From the NCBI RefSeq assembly GCF_009834535.1, contig NC_045697.1, positions 34,970,001-35,034,000 of the forward strand: a stretch of 64,000 bases of DNA, in the 5' to 3' direction. Positions 1 to 11,900 of this stretch are shown in pieces (within the stretch, counting starts at the first letter, position 1; each line of letters starts with the position of its first letter). Origin of the DNA: Camelus ferus (taxonomy: Eukaryota). Both the position numbers and the translations under genes were made by a program. The notes under the pieces are model-generated. The model saw only the letters and a list, made by a program, of their open reading frames with translations, had not been told where the DNA came from and ran no database searches.

Positions 1-1413
1 ACCTCCATGTGAACCTGGATGTATAGAGTTCATCGTAATGTGCCTTGTATTGCAGTTAGTTGTGTACTGAGATGGAGCAGCCAGGTCCTTGGGAACATAA
101 GGCAGCTCATGTATTCACCTCTGTCATCTTGAAAGAGGTTAGGAGATGAATACACAGTTGTTGAACTGAGTTGTTATAATATAACATTACAAAAAGAACT
201 CTGAGATGTTAGGAATCTATGTCTACTACTTATAGACAACTCTAAAGGGTCTAGAGTCATAGAAGAAAGCATATATGTGTATACACAATTTACATATAGA
301 AATCATACACATGTATATATACATATATTGTCATATATATTCCAAATATCAGATTTTTTGAAAACTCATTTATATTTGACAAAGTCAAAGTTAAGAGCAG
401 GTCTGAACAAGTATGATAAAAATACTAGTACCAATTTTTAATCCCCCCCATCTCAGCCCCCATAAGTCCTCTCAGAACGATTTTGCAGAAGTGGTTGTGG
501 GGAAAGCAGTGACCTTACCCACTCTCCCCCAGTCAATATTCTAGACAAAGTAGGGCGAGGGGAAGTAATGACAGATACTGGAAAGCAGCAGGCATGGGTG
601 ATAATTCTCAGATCTATTTGATGGGAAGACTAATTCAGTATTGAGAATAAGAAAAGAACATATGAAATATAGAATTATTAACGGATCTCCATCTTTTCTT
701 AGGATCGTATGAAACCAGCGTTCATTGTTATTCTGCCAGCACATATCATTACTTACCAAGGTTAAATGAGGGAGTGAGAGGATGTTTTGATGATTTGCTT
801 CTTGTACAATGGGGAAGACACTTTAAATTATTCCAAGAGAAATCCAGCCTCAAAGAATGTTTCCAAATAACACTTCCTGAATTCAAAAATGTTCCTGTTT
901 TTTCTACTTTGTATGGAATGATGATAAAAAAAATTTTTAAACCCAAATTCAAACTAATTAGTGGTATTTAATGGTAGTGGTATTTAAGACTTTAAAAAAA
1001 AATCTCACTTTTGCTATTTATTGTGTTGTCTGGTTACTGAACAAGAGGTAACCTTTCAGTTGGGACCCTTGAAAAATATCACTGGAGTTTTTTCATGTTT
1101 AGTTCAAATAAATTCTCAGTTTAATATCCTGCTAGAGCTTTCTGGATATTGATTATTTCTTTTCAGTTTATCAGATGACAAGGGCCTCCAGATACAAGCC
1201 TTTATGTCGTACAAAGTTCACCATGTGAAGTCCCCAGGAAAGCCTTTCATGCACCCAAAACACGTTGAAATATTAGGACCTCAGGAAAGCAACAGACTTC
1301 TCACCTTTCAAGTTAGTTGACAGTGATAAGAAAGTTAAAGAATAGGTGAAAACAGGGATGGGACTTGTTAAAGAACAGGAGATTAGCAGAGAAAAGAAGA
1401 AAATAATCTTCTT

Positions 1414-1556
1414 GTGGAGGAGGGTGTAGCTCAGTGGTAGAGCACATGCTTAGCAAACACGAGGTCCTGGGTTCAGTCCCCAGCACTGCCATCAAAATAA
1501 ATAAATAAACCTAAGTACCTACCCAATCCCAGAAAAAAAAAGACCCAAAGTGAAAA
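1414..1556 (+). mobile_element. tRNA-Ala-derived SINE (camelid vic-1-like)
   Basis: A box tagctcagtggt, ttagca anticodon loop, B box gttcagtcc, A-rich tail; 17-bp TSD aagaaaataatcttctt at 1397-1413 and 1557-1573. Confidence 0.9.
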
Positions 1557-2167
1557 AAGAAAATAATCTTCTTATGCAAAGCAAACCCTTATTGTTAAAT
1601 CACTGAGGAGGTGAGCGGAATGCTGAAGCCTCCTCTGGTGCAGACTTTGAGATAACACGAAGAGGACCTGGATTAAATCACATCTCAACTGATGCCTTTT
1701 GTAGGGACCAGGAAGTGCACATCGAATCACGTGATTGGAGAGCAGATGAGATGGTATTTTTACAAAGATGACTGTTGAATGAGATCTGACGTGTTATCAG
1801 AGCCAGGGGTATAGGCTGGAAAAAGTCAGGCAAGGACACAAGGAATCAAAGCCTCGAATAATGTAGCAGGAGGTTTGGAAGCAACAGCTGCACATAAACC
1901 AAAGTTGAGACACCAAGATCCTTTCAGCACAGGAGCTAGGTTAGTCATAAGCCGCTCTAGCTGTTCAGTAACAGTGAGATCACTGCGAGGCACGGGAAGC
2001 TGGTTGTACCTTGATGATAGATTAATATTTATAACAACTGCTTATTTTGTGCACCTCCCCTTTACCCAACTGGATGTTCCCTGCGATCTGGGGGTTGCTT
2101 CCTAACGGCTCTTAGCCCTAGAGGCCCCCACTCCATTTTAGTTTTCTAACCATCCTCTTTCTCCAGC

Positions 2168-2284
2168 TAAGGTTGCCTGATGAAATATTTGACGTCTTTA
2201 TCCTAAAAACCTTACTATTGTTTATTTGAAATTCAAATTTGACTGGGCATCCTGTATTTTTATTTGGTATATCTGGCAACTCTA
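2168..2284. mobile_element. MER53-like hAT MITE, internally deleted
   Basis: TIRs taaggttgcc ... ggcaactcta; internal tgaaattcaaatttgactgggcatcctgtattttt resembles the recalled MER53 consensus. Confidence 0.7.
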
Positions 2285-2441
2285 CCAGTAAGTCTTCCAC
2301 AGACATGACCTCTGCCTGCCGGGTCCACCAGGCTACCCAGACATTCCTGAGCAAGTTTTATTGTGCCTGGAGTGACAATCCAGGCAGGCCCTCCCAGGCT
2401 CAAAATATTCAGACTTTCATGCCAGTTACATAAACGTAATA

Positions 2442-2850
2442 CAGGGATCCCCCGTTTTTTGCAGAGTTCACTTTACACCACTTCACTTTTACAGAAGACC
2501 TACATGTTAGTATCTTTCGCTAACTGAAAGAAATTCAAAGGCTATTTTCACTTTTACAAGAGATGAAAAGTGGAAAGAGTATTAGTTTTGCAGCAGCCCT
2601 TATAGAGGCAACATGCACCCCAAGCGGTGAGAGTGGCACCACCAAGCTCCTTCCCTTGGAACTACACTCAGCATCTGAGCATTAAGTCACCATAGCTTTG
2701 AACTGTGTCTGAGCATCTGTGCTTTATCTCAGATGCTTCTGTGCATCCGTTAGCAAGATGTGAGCTAAGGCAATTGCTTCTTTGCTTTGTGCCATTTTGG
2801 TTTATCAAAGGTTTCATAGGAACCTCTGCTTTGGAAAGGTGGGGAAATAT
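2442..2850. mobile_element. Non-autonomous TcMar/Tigger-type DNA transposon
   Basis: Starts ta|cagggatcccccg, ends ...ggtggggaaa; internal sequence resembles a recalled Tigger-derived repeat. Subfamily not assigned. Confidence 0.55.
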
Positions 2851-3599
2851 TTATTGCAGATCAGCATTTTAAGTGTGGCATGCTGTTTTGGACAGAAGAT
2901 AGTCCCTGGTTACATCTGTCATTAGTTACTGAAGTATAATTAATGCTGTTAGAAATTGACATTTATCCTGAAAAGTAGGCTTAATTAAATAAATCAGGCA
3001 TAATCATCGGGCCATGTTGCTTTTAGATACAAAGCAGCTGAGAAGAACATTCCAATCAACTCTCCTGTTTGATTCCATTAAAAAAAAGTCTTCCCGATTC
3101 CTTTCAAAAAAAGTGGCCAAACACTATTGTAATTCAAGTTGCTTCAATGAATTTAGAAAACTTACCTATTTTATTACTTAGAACACAGTTAATTACTATA
3201 TACTCAATATACTTGTTTGGCAGTTTCAGTTTCTTTGAGGGGGTGGTGGTGTTGAGAGTGGAGATAAAGCAAATACAAGAATACAAAAATCATCCCTCAT
3301 TCAATGTATTTTGTACATATTGGTCTAATCTTTTTGAATGAAAGTCTATAAATATTTTTTAAAAAATTGGGGCCAAACTATACACCCTGCTATAGAATTT
3401 ATTTTCTTCACATCAGATTATTAAGCTTTTTAATTGTTGTATACTATTCCGTTATATGAATAAAGCATGATTTACTCAACTTGCATATTGCTGGATATTT
3501 AGGTTATTTCTGTTTTTTTTTTTTTTCTGTTGCTACAGTCTTATTTTAGCTTCGTGCATAAATTGTCTGCAATTCAGGTGATTTCTCCAAGTCAGCAGA

Positions 3600-4095
3600 G
3601 TGAGTACCTTAATTGTTTCTACCTGCCTGACATCCACTTTTCCTTCTTCTGTTAACAGCACCCACTGTAACTGCAGAATCCCTTGCCCAAATCTGAGTCT
3701 GTGGGTCCTGAGTAGGGAAGACCATCAAGCTCGAGGGAGAGTATTCCATCCTGTGGCTACAGTGACTGGCTGAGGATGGGCACAGTTCCCCTGCCTGGGT
3801 CAAATTCTTCCCAGGACTTTTATGAAGATTATTGGGAAGTAAGCATTCTCTTTCCATGGGTGGTTCTAAGCTGATGGATATTTCTGGACTTGTTTGGCCC
3901 CCCTTAGGGGGAAAGTGAACGTGAAAATGAAGATGACATAGAAGAAAGCAAAGCTGAGAAGTGGACAGAAACCCAGTCCTCATTTTAACCCAGGAGCCAG
4001 CCACACCAGGAGATTTTTCATTCTCATGAGTCACTAAACTCCCCTTTTGGCTTAAACCAATTTGAGTTAGGATTTCTGGCACTTTGATTGCAATA
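3600..4095 (+). mobile_element. Old MaLR (MLT1-type) solo LTR
   Basis: 3' end cttttggcttaaaccaatttgagttaggatttctggcactt is typical of MLT1J/K-like LTRs; boundaries approximate. Confidence 0.6.
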
Positions 4096-5706
4096 ATCGT
4101 AATTTTTTAAAAAAGTGTCCAGCAAGATTGTATTATCAAATTGCTTTCCTCAGAAGTTGTGTCAAGTACCCCACCACCACTGAAGGTGTTTGACTGCTTC
4201 TTTTACTGCATTTCCACCATTAAGTGTTGTCCCTTTGAGATTATATTTGACTTTTTTGAAGTTTCATATTTTGTGTTTAACTATTAGTGAAGTAAAACTT
4301 TTCCTATTTAATAAATAGAATATAAGTTGTTTATTGTAAAGTGTGTCTTTTGTCTATTTTTTTCTATCAACCTATGGCTTATGGATTGATTAGATGATTT
4401 ACCCTTTGATACTTGTGGAATGTATTTTGCCTCTGGATTTTATACTTACGAAAATAACATTTATATTTTTCTGATTATAAAATATATCTATGGCAGAAAC
4501 TTGGAAAACACAGTAAAACACAAGGAAGGAAATAAAAATTACTTTTAGTACTACCTCTCAGATAATACACATTGAAGAAATTCCCTCTAAATTTACATAA
4601 ATATATTTAATATATTTACTAGAATATAAGTATATGCGTATATGTGTTTATAGCTTTCTAAATTGTTTTATCACTTAAGATTGTGTCACAAGAATTTCTC
4701 CCTTGTCATTAAATATTCCTCTAAATGGGTCATGGATCTTCTTAGGAACTTGAAAAGAGTCATGTAGTCACATTTCAGGGGAAGAAATGTACATATACAG
4801 AAAAGTTGATACATTATTTCAGGGGGTTCATCCATGGACTCCACATCAGGAATTCTGATTGTGAACATGTTGGCATCTGCCAAGCAGTCTCTTGTATTAG
4901 TACACTCGTGTTTAGTTTAACTATATCACATCCAGTTTAGGAGGGCAGGTTTTGGGATCCAAAAGCTTGGGTTCAAAGCCTGGCTCTAAACCTACCTGGG
5001 GGTGACTTGGTGAATTTCTAAGCTCAATAAGCCTATTATAAAGGTGAAATGAGATGGTCCATGATTAAAAGCTTAGTAGATTGTCCTGTACATAAGCACT
5101 CAATGTAGCACTCTCTCTCTCTCTTTTTTTAATTCCCTGATTGTTTCCTTAGGATAAAGAGCTAGAAATAGAATTACTGGGTCAAAGGAGAAGCACATTT
5201 TTAGGACTACTGTCATCTACTACCTGGTTTTCTTCTAGAAAGTCTACACCACGAGCAGGATGAGAGGCTGCCCAGTTGATAGTATCCTTGCCATCATACT
5301 GTACCATCATTTATTTCAGTCTTCTCCCACAGTGGAAAAATGACATCTAATTGCTTCAATTTAATTTCTTTGGTCATTCCTCTTTTGTGATCTGGTGTGT
5401 CTAGTCACATCTTTTGCCTTTTTTTTCCATGTTTGTCCTTGTTAATTTGTAAAACTGTTTTATAAACTAACGATATTAGCTCTTGGTTTTATATATGTTG
5501 TAAATATTTTTTCTTATTTTGTAATTTGCTTTTAATTTTTAATGCTCTTTTTTACTGTTCCAAAGTTTAAAATGTTTATGTAGCCATATCTCCTGAGCTT
5601 CCCATTATGATTTTTTTTCTGTTACTTTTTTGCTTAGGAAGATTTTCCTGTCCAAAGATGAGATAAATACTAGCTAATATTTTTCTCCAGTATTTTATTG
5701 CTGCTG

Positions 5707-5749
5707 CATCATCATCATCGTCATCATCATCATCATCATCATCATCATC
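5707..5749 (+). repeat. (CAT)n trinucleotide microsatellite, one CGT interruption
   Basis: Read directly. Confidence 0.95.
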
Positions 5750-7689
5750 TCTTTAATCCACCTGGAATTAGTTTTGGTGTATGGTGTGCAAGAAGCCTCT
5801 AAATTTATTTTCCCCAAAATGGCATATTTTCCATCTGTACTGTCTTTCCCTTCTATGTATTTTCTCCCCTCTGGGTGGGCCAAATTGTCATTGGTGGAAG
5901 CAAGAGTAAAGGCGAGGCAATGGAGGAAGCCTAGTGACCCACACCAGCTTGCCAACATCCCCACACCTGGAGAATGAGCTCTGTTTCCTAATCCTGGGGT
6001 TTTCCCCTAAAAAGTCAAGGAGATCAGAAAGAAGAGGGGAGGCAAGAACATCTGATTTCTTTACATCAACAATAACCACACCAGCAGAAGAGACAACAGG
6101 TGTACAAGCCCCAAGAAGTCCTTGAGGCTACAGGTTAGCATGACCCTGCTGATTTACAGCCCAAGCCCATCTCTTTTGGCTTTTCACTCTTCACCCACTG
6201 CACCAATCGCTGCCCATATCCTTTCCAAAGCCCCAAGAGGAGTGAGTCGGATGAGTCGGCCTGCCTCTAATTACTGCCTATTTAATTTGATTGTGGATTT
6301 TAATATCATTAACATAGGAGGGGGCAAATCGGAGTGGTGCCTGCAGAGTTGGGCTTCAGCTCATCCTCTGCCATTTGTGTTCTTGGCTTATCTCATCCTG
6401 AGCTGAATGTAAAGGTTCCACAGTGCCTCCTCCTTATCTCGTCTGTTTCTCCACGTGACTTCCCTGGGTATACTCATTTAACCGAAGTATTTGAGTAGCC
6501 TTTTCCATTGTTTATCTGCATATCTTGCTTTTGGTTCCATAAACCTAAATGAAAATGTGGAATATTTTTGGTCACATCCCACTTCTTTCAAAGCTCTACA
6601 GATATTACTGCATTGTTTTCTTGGGTTTACTGTTTTGGAAAGTATGAGGACATATTATTTTCCTAAATGCTTGTAGAAGCACTGCCCTGATGGACTTTAT
6701 GGTCTAGTGGAGAAGATACCAATTATTTGCGATTAAGAATGCAATGTGCTGTGAATTTAGTCCTATTCTTCATATTCTCAATCATTTTCATGAGATTTGG
6801 GGAGGAGAAAAGATAAACATGCAAGCTCAGTTCACCATTGGGAAATGGAAGTCACCTAGTCTCCTCTAGTGTCACAAAAGGGGGTAGGGACAAGTTTCCA
6901 GGAGGAAGAATTCACTCTAGGATCTTGGCTCCACACGGACTAACCCTGGGCTAAGACTTCAGCCTAGAAATTCCCACTGTTGGCTTTTACAGCTCAACTG
7001 GCTATGACTATGGTCACTCCAGACGGCCAGATGCCTTCTGCAGTGGCTCTGTCTCCTTGGTAGGCAGAGAGGTCCCTTTCCTTTGTAGATGCATCTAGTG
7101 ACTGATTTAAAGTTGTTGAGTCAACATACCCAAAAACTCTGCATTTGATTTGTTGGGGGATAAGGCTGTCTTGAAGCAGGGACTCTCACCACTTTATTTC
7201 TTTCAGTCCTTTAATCCTAACCCCAGTTCTATACTTAAAACACTTCATAAATCTGTGGCCACTGGAATATCCTCTCCCCGTCTGCCAATAACTTCCAAAA
7301 TACACATTTTTCATGGAGACTTTTCTTAGTAGAGCGCTTTACACGCCTTAACACCATATCACGTTCAGCCAAGTACTCGTGGGTTTGAAGCAGAGATTTC
7401 CCTGTGCCTCAGATTCCTCATATATAAAAATCGAGCTAACAGTCTCTGTCCCACGGCTCCGCTGTGAGAATCAGAGGAAATAATGCACAAGCCACAAGCA
7501 GTTGCTCTCAAGACCTGGCTCAAACCTCACCAGTAGTAGTATTACTACTTTAAGTCCGAACATAAAAATGTTATTTAAAAATTCTCTGTAAATTAAAGCC
7601 GATATTGCGTCTTGCTGTTAGAGAGCCCCTCCAATTAAAACAGGCACCCCTCCGGATGCTGCAGGCTGCAGGCTGTTTGAACAGTGTGC

Positions 7690-8198
7690 GGGATGTATGT
7701 GCGTGCGCAGAGAAAGCTTTTCTCTCTCACGTGCCTGCGTCTCCAGATTTCATTATAAAAGAGGCAGAGCCCATCAGAGAACTTGATCAGCAGCCAAGCA
7801 CGGGTTTTTCTTTTTCTGGTCCTTTGTCAGGTCTTTGTTCCGCCCCTGGCTACACTCTAACAGAACCACTTACTGGTGATTAAAAGGAGGGGACTTGGAG
7901 GCGGGGGCGGGGCCTACTGGCGCGGGGGCCCAGCGATTGGGTTCACCCTCGGGGGCTGCGCTTTCTTAAGTGCCAGCCCGCGGGCGTCGGCTGACCCCCA
8001 GCCGAGGACCGAGCAGCCGCCTCGGACGTCAGCGGCGCGCGGCGGAGGCTCGCAGCCCAGCCGAGTTCAGCGGCTGCGGACGGGCAGACGGACGGCGGGG
8101 CCGGCGACCCAAAGCGGAGAGAGGCGCGCGCGGCAGGAGGGAAGAGAAATCCGCCGCGCGGGCAGGGGCCAGACTCGCAGCCTCCGGCCGACAGCGCC
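7690..8198 (+). promoter_or_regulatory. SLC10A4 promoter / 5'UTR within CpG island
   Basis: E-box CACGTG 7728-7733, Sp1-type GC boxes GGCGGGGGCGGGGC ~7900-7913, inverted CCAAT (ATTGG) 7936-7940, CpG-rich sequence up to the ATG. TSS not determinable. Confidence 0.65.
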
Positions 8199-8950
8199 AT
8201 GGACGGCACCGACAATGCCACCCTGCTCTTTGCCCTGTCCTCTCTGCAGCCGGACAACTACACCCTGTCGCCCAACGCCAGCAGCCTGAGCCCCGGCCCG
8301 GACGCCCCCCTCGCGCCGGCCTCCAGCGCCGGCCCCAGCCCCGGGCTCAGTGTCACGCCGGGCCCCGGCGTCAGTTTCAGCCCCGGCCCCACTCCGACCC
8401 CGGCGCCGACGGCCGGCAGCTTCGCGGACGGCGGGCCCGGGCCGGGCTCTCCCACGTTCGCTTCGCCCGAGGCCGCCCACGAGCCTCCGTTCTGGGACAC
8501 GCCGCTGAACCACGGGCTGAACGTGTTCGTGGGCGCCGCCCTGTGCATCACCATGCTGGGCCTAGGGCTGCACGGTGGACGTGAACCACTTCGGGGCGCA
8601 CGTCCGCCGGCCGGTGGGCGCGCTGCTGGCCGCGCTCTGCCAGTTCGGCTTCCTGCCGCTGCTGGCCTTCCTGCTGGCGCTCGTCTTCTCCCTGGACGGG
8701 GTGGCCGCCGTGGCCGTGCTCCTGTGCGGCTGCTGTCCGGGCGGGAATCTCTCCAACCTGATGTCCCTGCTGGTTGACGGCGACATGAACCTCAGGTACG
8801 CAGCTGGCCGTCCCCTAGACATCTCTTATCCCGGTCCACCGCGTTTACGACCGTGGATTCAAGATCAAGAAGGGAGGGCGAGGCGGTTAGACTGAGGCGC
8901 AGAAGAGGGGAGAAGAAACTGGAGAAGACGTGGACGCGCGGGCTTTGCAA
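7880..8950. other. CpG island over SLC10A4 promoter and exon 1
   Basis: Very GC-rich with dense CpG compared with AT-rich flanks; boundaries approximate. Confidence 0.85.
8199..8795 (+). CDS. SLC10A4: SLC10A4 coding exon 1 (contains apparent +1 frameshift)
   Basis: ATG 8199 in Kozak context gccATGg. ORF 8199 gives the N-terminus; ORF 8575 (+1 frame) gives DVNHFGAH...DGDMNL. Donor ctcag|gtacg at 8795/8796. Confidence 0.93.
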
Positions 8951-11900
8951 GTCCAGGCAGACATGAAGAGGTGGTGTTGCAGGGAGATCTAGCCAGGGAC
9001 AGAGGCGCGCTGAGGGTCTAGGGGTTTCAACCACAGCTCCCTCACCACCCTCCCTGTGTGCTGGGCTGTCAGGGCAGGTCTAACGGGCAATGGAAGACAA
9101 AGGGAGCTGGGAAGCCAAATAGGACTGTTGGCTCCAGTAAAGAAAGGAATCTCATCTATAAGACAATATGACTGAGGTCAATCCAACAAGTAGTATTCGG
9201 CAGCTTTACCGTGTCTAACAGGGTGCTTCGGAGGATTAAAAAAGAGAACAAAAGCGTTCCTTGCCCTCAAGATCATCAGACTGTAACCAGCTCAGTAGGC
9301 TTTATAAGGCAGAGGGCAGCAGTCCTGAGGTTTTATTTTTTTCTCCTGCCGGAAGTTCTTGTTTCAGTTGGGCTTAGACATGCCGCTCTCTTGGTACCTC
9401 CCTGGAATGAAGCAGGTTCCCCCCTGACTTCAAGCCGGGGGACTTGCAGTCTCTCCCTTTCTCCTCTACCCAGTATGCAAGCAAGGCTCTTTGGCTCAAA
9501 GCTCATTCTGACTTCTGTTCATTCCCTTTTCTGCAGCATCATCATGACCATCTCCTCCACGCTCCTGGCCCTGGTCTTGATGCCCCTGTGCTTGTGGATC
9601 TACAGCCGGGCTTGGATCAACACCCCCCTGGTGCAGCTGCTGCCCATAGGGACAGTGACCCTGACTCTCTGCAGCACCCTCATCCCTATCGGGTTGGGTG
9701 TCTTCATTCGCTATAAATACAACCGGGTGGCTGACTACATCGTGAAGGTAAGGTCATTCTTCCCCTTGTGTGCTATGTAGAGAGAGTCCTCGGTCTCTGA
9801 CCTGTGGCTGAAATGGTAAGAAGTTTGGGGAAAAGGGGTAAGAAAGAAAAGGCCTGTATAGCCCTTGCATGGATAAACTTTAAAAAAAAAAAGTTTATGT
9901 CACAAAGATTACTTTCATTCCATCTTTTGGAAATTCAAAAATAATAGCTTTGATTAAGTACACCAGGTTCATTAAAAACAGCGTAAGAGAACTCTCAGGA
10001 CTCATAGGAGGAAACGTCACGAAGGGAAACAGGTGACAGTGCAATTAAATGGCACGTTTTTCCACTAACAAATCATGTATTACTAAAAATCAAAGCAGAT
10101 GAAATGAAATCATTTTAAGAGGATTTGTGTAGTGTTTTAGAAATGCATTACTCTATTTTTTAAAAGTGGAACTCTGAGAAATTCTATAGGCGGTTCCTTT
10201 AAAATGTTTTTATTAATTTTCTAAAAATAAGTTTACACTAATAAAACCAAAAGTAATTTCAAAATTACACTGTGGATTATAATAGAATACACAAAACTTT
10301 GGCTTCAAAGCACAAAATAAAATTAGGTCCTGCATAAATAATGCAGAATATATTGCCATTATTAAATTTGTGTCTTTTTTTTTCCTATTGCAATATTTCA
10401 TATGGTTTCTAAAGCTAGTGAAAGTATGAGGCTTTCTATTATTTTGTGCAATATTTATAATATTGTTTTTAAAAAAACAGATGCTTTTTGTAGCAGTAGA
10501 GATTTTGTAACAGTTGATTGGAGAAAAAAGTTAAATGTTTGTAAATCAGGCTTTCTTTGAGAACTCAAAAATGGTAGTAAATAAGAGGAAACTATGAAGA
10601 GGATTCTCGTTTTAGGGAGTTAATCAAATAAAATACACAACTAATTTCTGTAAAAGGTACATGCAAATTCCTTCAGACATTGAAGAGAAAAAGGGTTACT
10701 CTAGTGTTTTAATTATTTAGATTTAAGAAGACAAAATCTTTTATGTTTTACTTATATTATTTTCTAAAGTAATCTGATCATACAGAGAGCCTAACTTTTA
10801 TTAATACGAAAAATGGAGCATTCTTTTCTGTACGTATATCCAGCGTTGAGTAAAAAAATTGTGCTCTATAATAAATATATATGTCTGAATGTAATAAATA
10901 TATATGTACATGTAAATATACATATTTGTTATATGTTATACATAATATATCTATAGATCATCTTGAGATCATTAAGAACTTACTAAGCTTGTCATTAAGG
11001 TAATACTATTAATGTAATGGCATTTACTATAAAACCCTAGGAATTCTAAGAGAAGAGAGAATCAATCTAATAACCTATTTCCATACTAAAAACAGATAAA
11101 CATATTTAAATAACAGATAATTCAATAAGACTGGCTAACTTTGAGTTTAAGCCAAACCTGTTCCTTAACCAGAACACTAAGATCTGCTTCACATTTCTGT
11201 ACTTTTGCATACACTTTAAAATGAGCTTTCAGTGTCAGTTCTTACCCATATGATTTAAGGTAGTTCAAAGGAAACATTGGAGACAATATTTTCACAACAA
11301 AGAATCCGACTTCTTGTCAAAGCTTTTGATGTCGACACACTTTGAAACTTAATATAAGAAAAGTTTTAGGGGGAGGATATGGTTCAAGTGATGGAGTACA
11401 TGCTTAGCATGTATAAGGTCCTGGGTTCAATCCCCAGCACCTCTTCCAAAAATAAATAAATAAGTAAATCTGATTACCTAACCCCCCCCAAAATTTTTTT
11501 AAAGAAAGGTTTGGTTTCTGCCAATTGTACATTTGTAGCATGAAGTCCTATTAAATAATATTTATTTTAGCATCCTTTAGGGTAGACTTTTTGACCAGCC
11601 CAGATAAATTTTGATTAATTTTTTTGAGTATAAAGTGTATGCCAATCCCACAGGACTCCAAAGGGGTTTCCCCCTAGTTACCTAGGGAACCAGAAACAAT
11701 TCTTAAACTCTTCTGGGTCTGTAGTCTCCTTCAAAAACACCCATCCAACCCCCTCTCCCATTAAAAAAAAAAAAAAAAAAAAGCTAACTACTAATCTGAA
11801 GGAGAACGAGGAGAGGAATTTTTAGGTTTCCACCTTGCTATTTACAAGCCTGTCTTGCATGAGTGAAATGTACTGGTCAGACATCAAGATGACACAGTGC

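Noticed and set aside
1414..1490. Possible tRNA-Ala genes (also at 11369, 20310, 36894)
   Set aside because: Acceptor stems do not pair properly, and A-rich tails with TSDs identify them as SINEs.
3609..4082. 157-aa minus-strand ORF
   Set aside because: Lies within a decayed MaLR LTR; no protein-like signal.
5695..5964. ORF with a poly-Met tract
   Set aside because: Translation of the (CAT)n microsatellite within an old L1 remnant.
7876..8822. Multiple overlapping ORFs of 86-204 aa on both strands around SLC10A4 exon 1
   Set aside because: CpG-island shadow ORFs, mostly with non-ATG starts; explained by the SLC10A4 frame and GC content.
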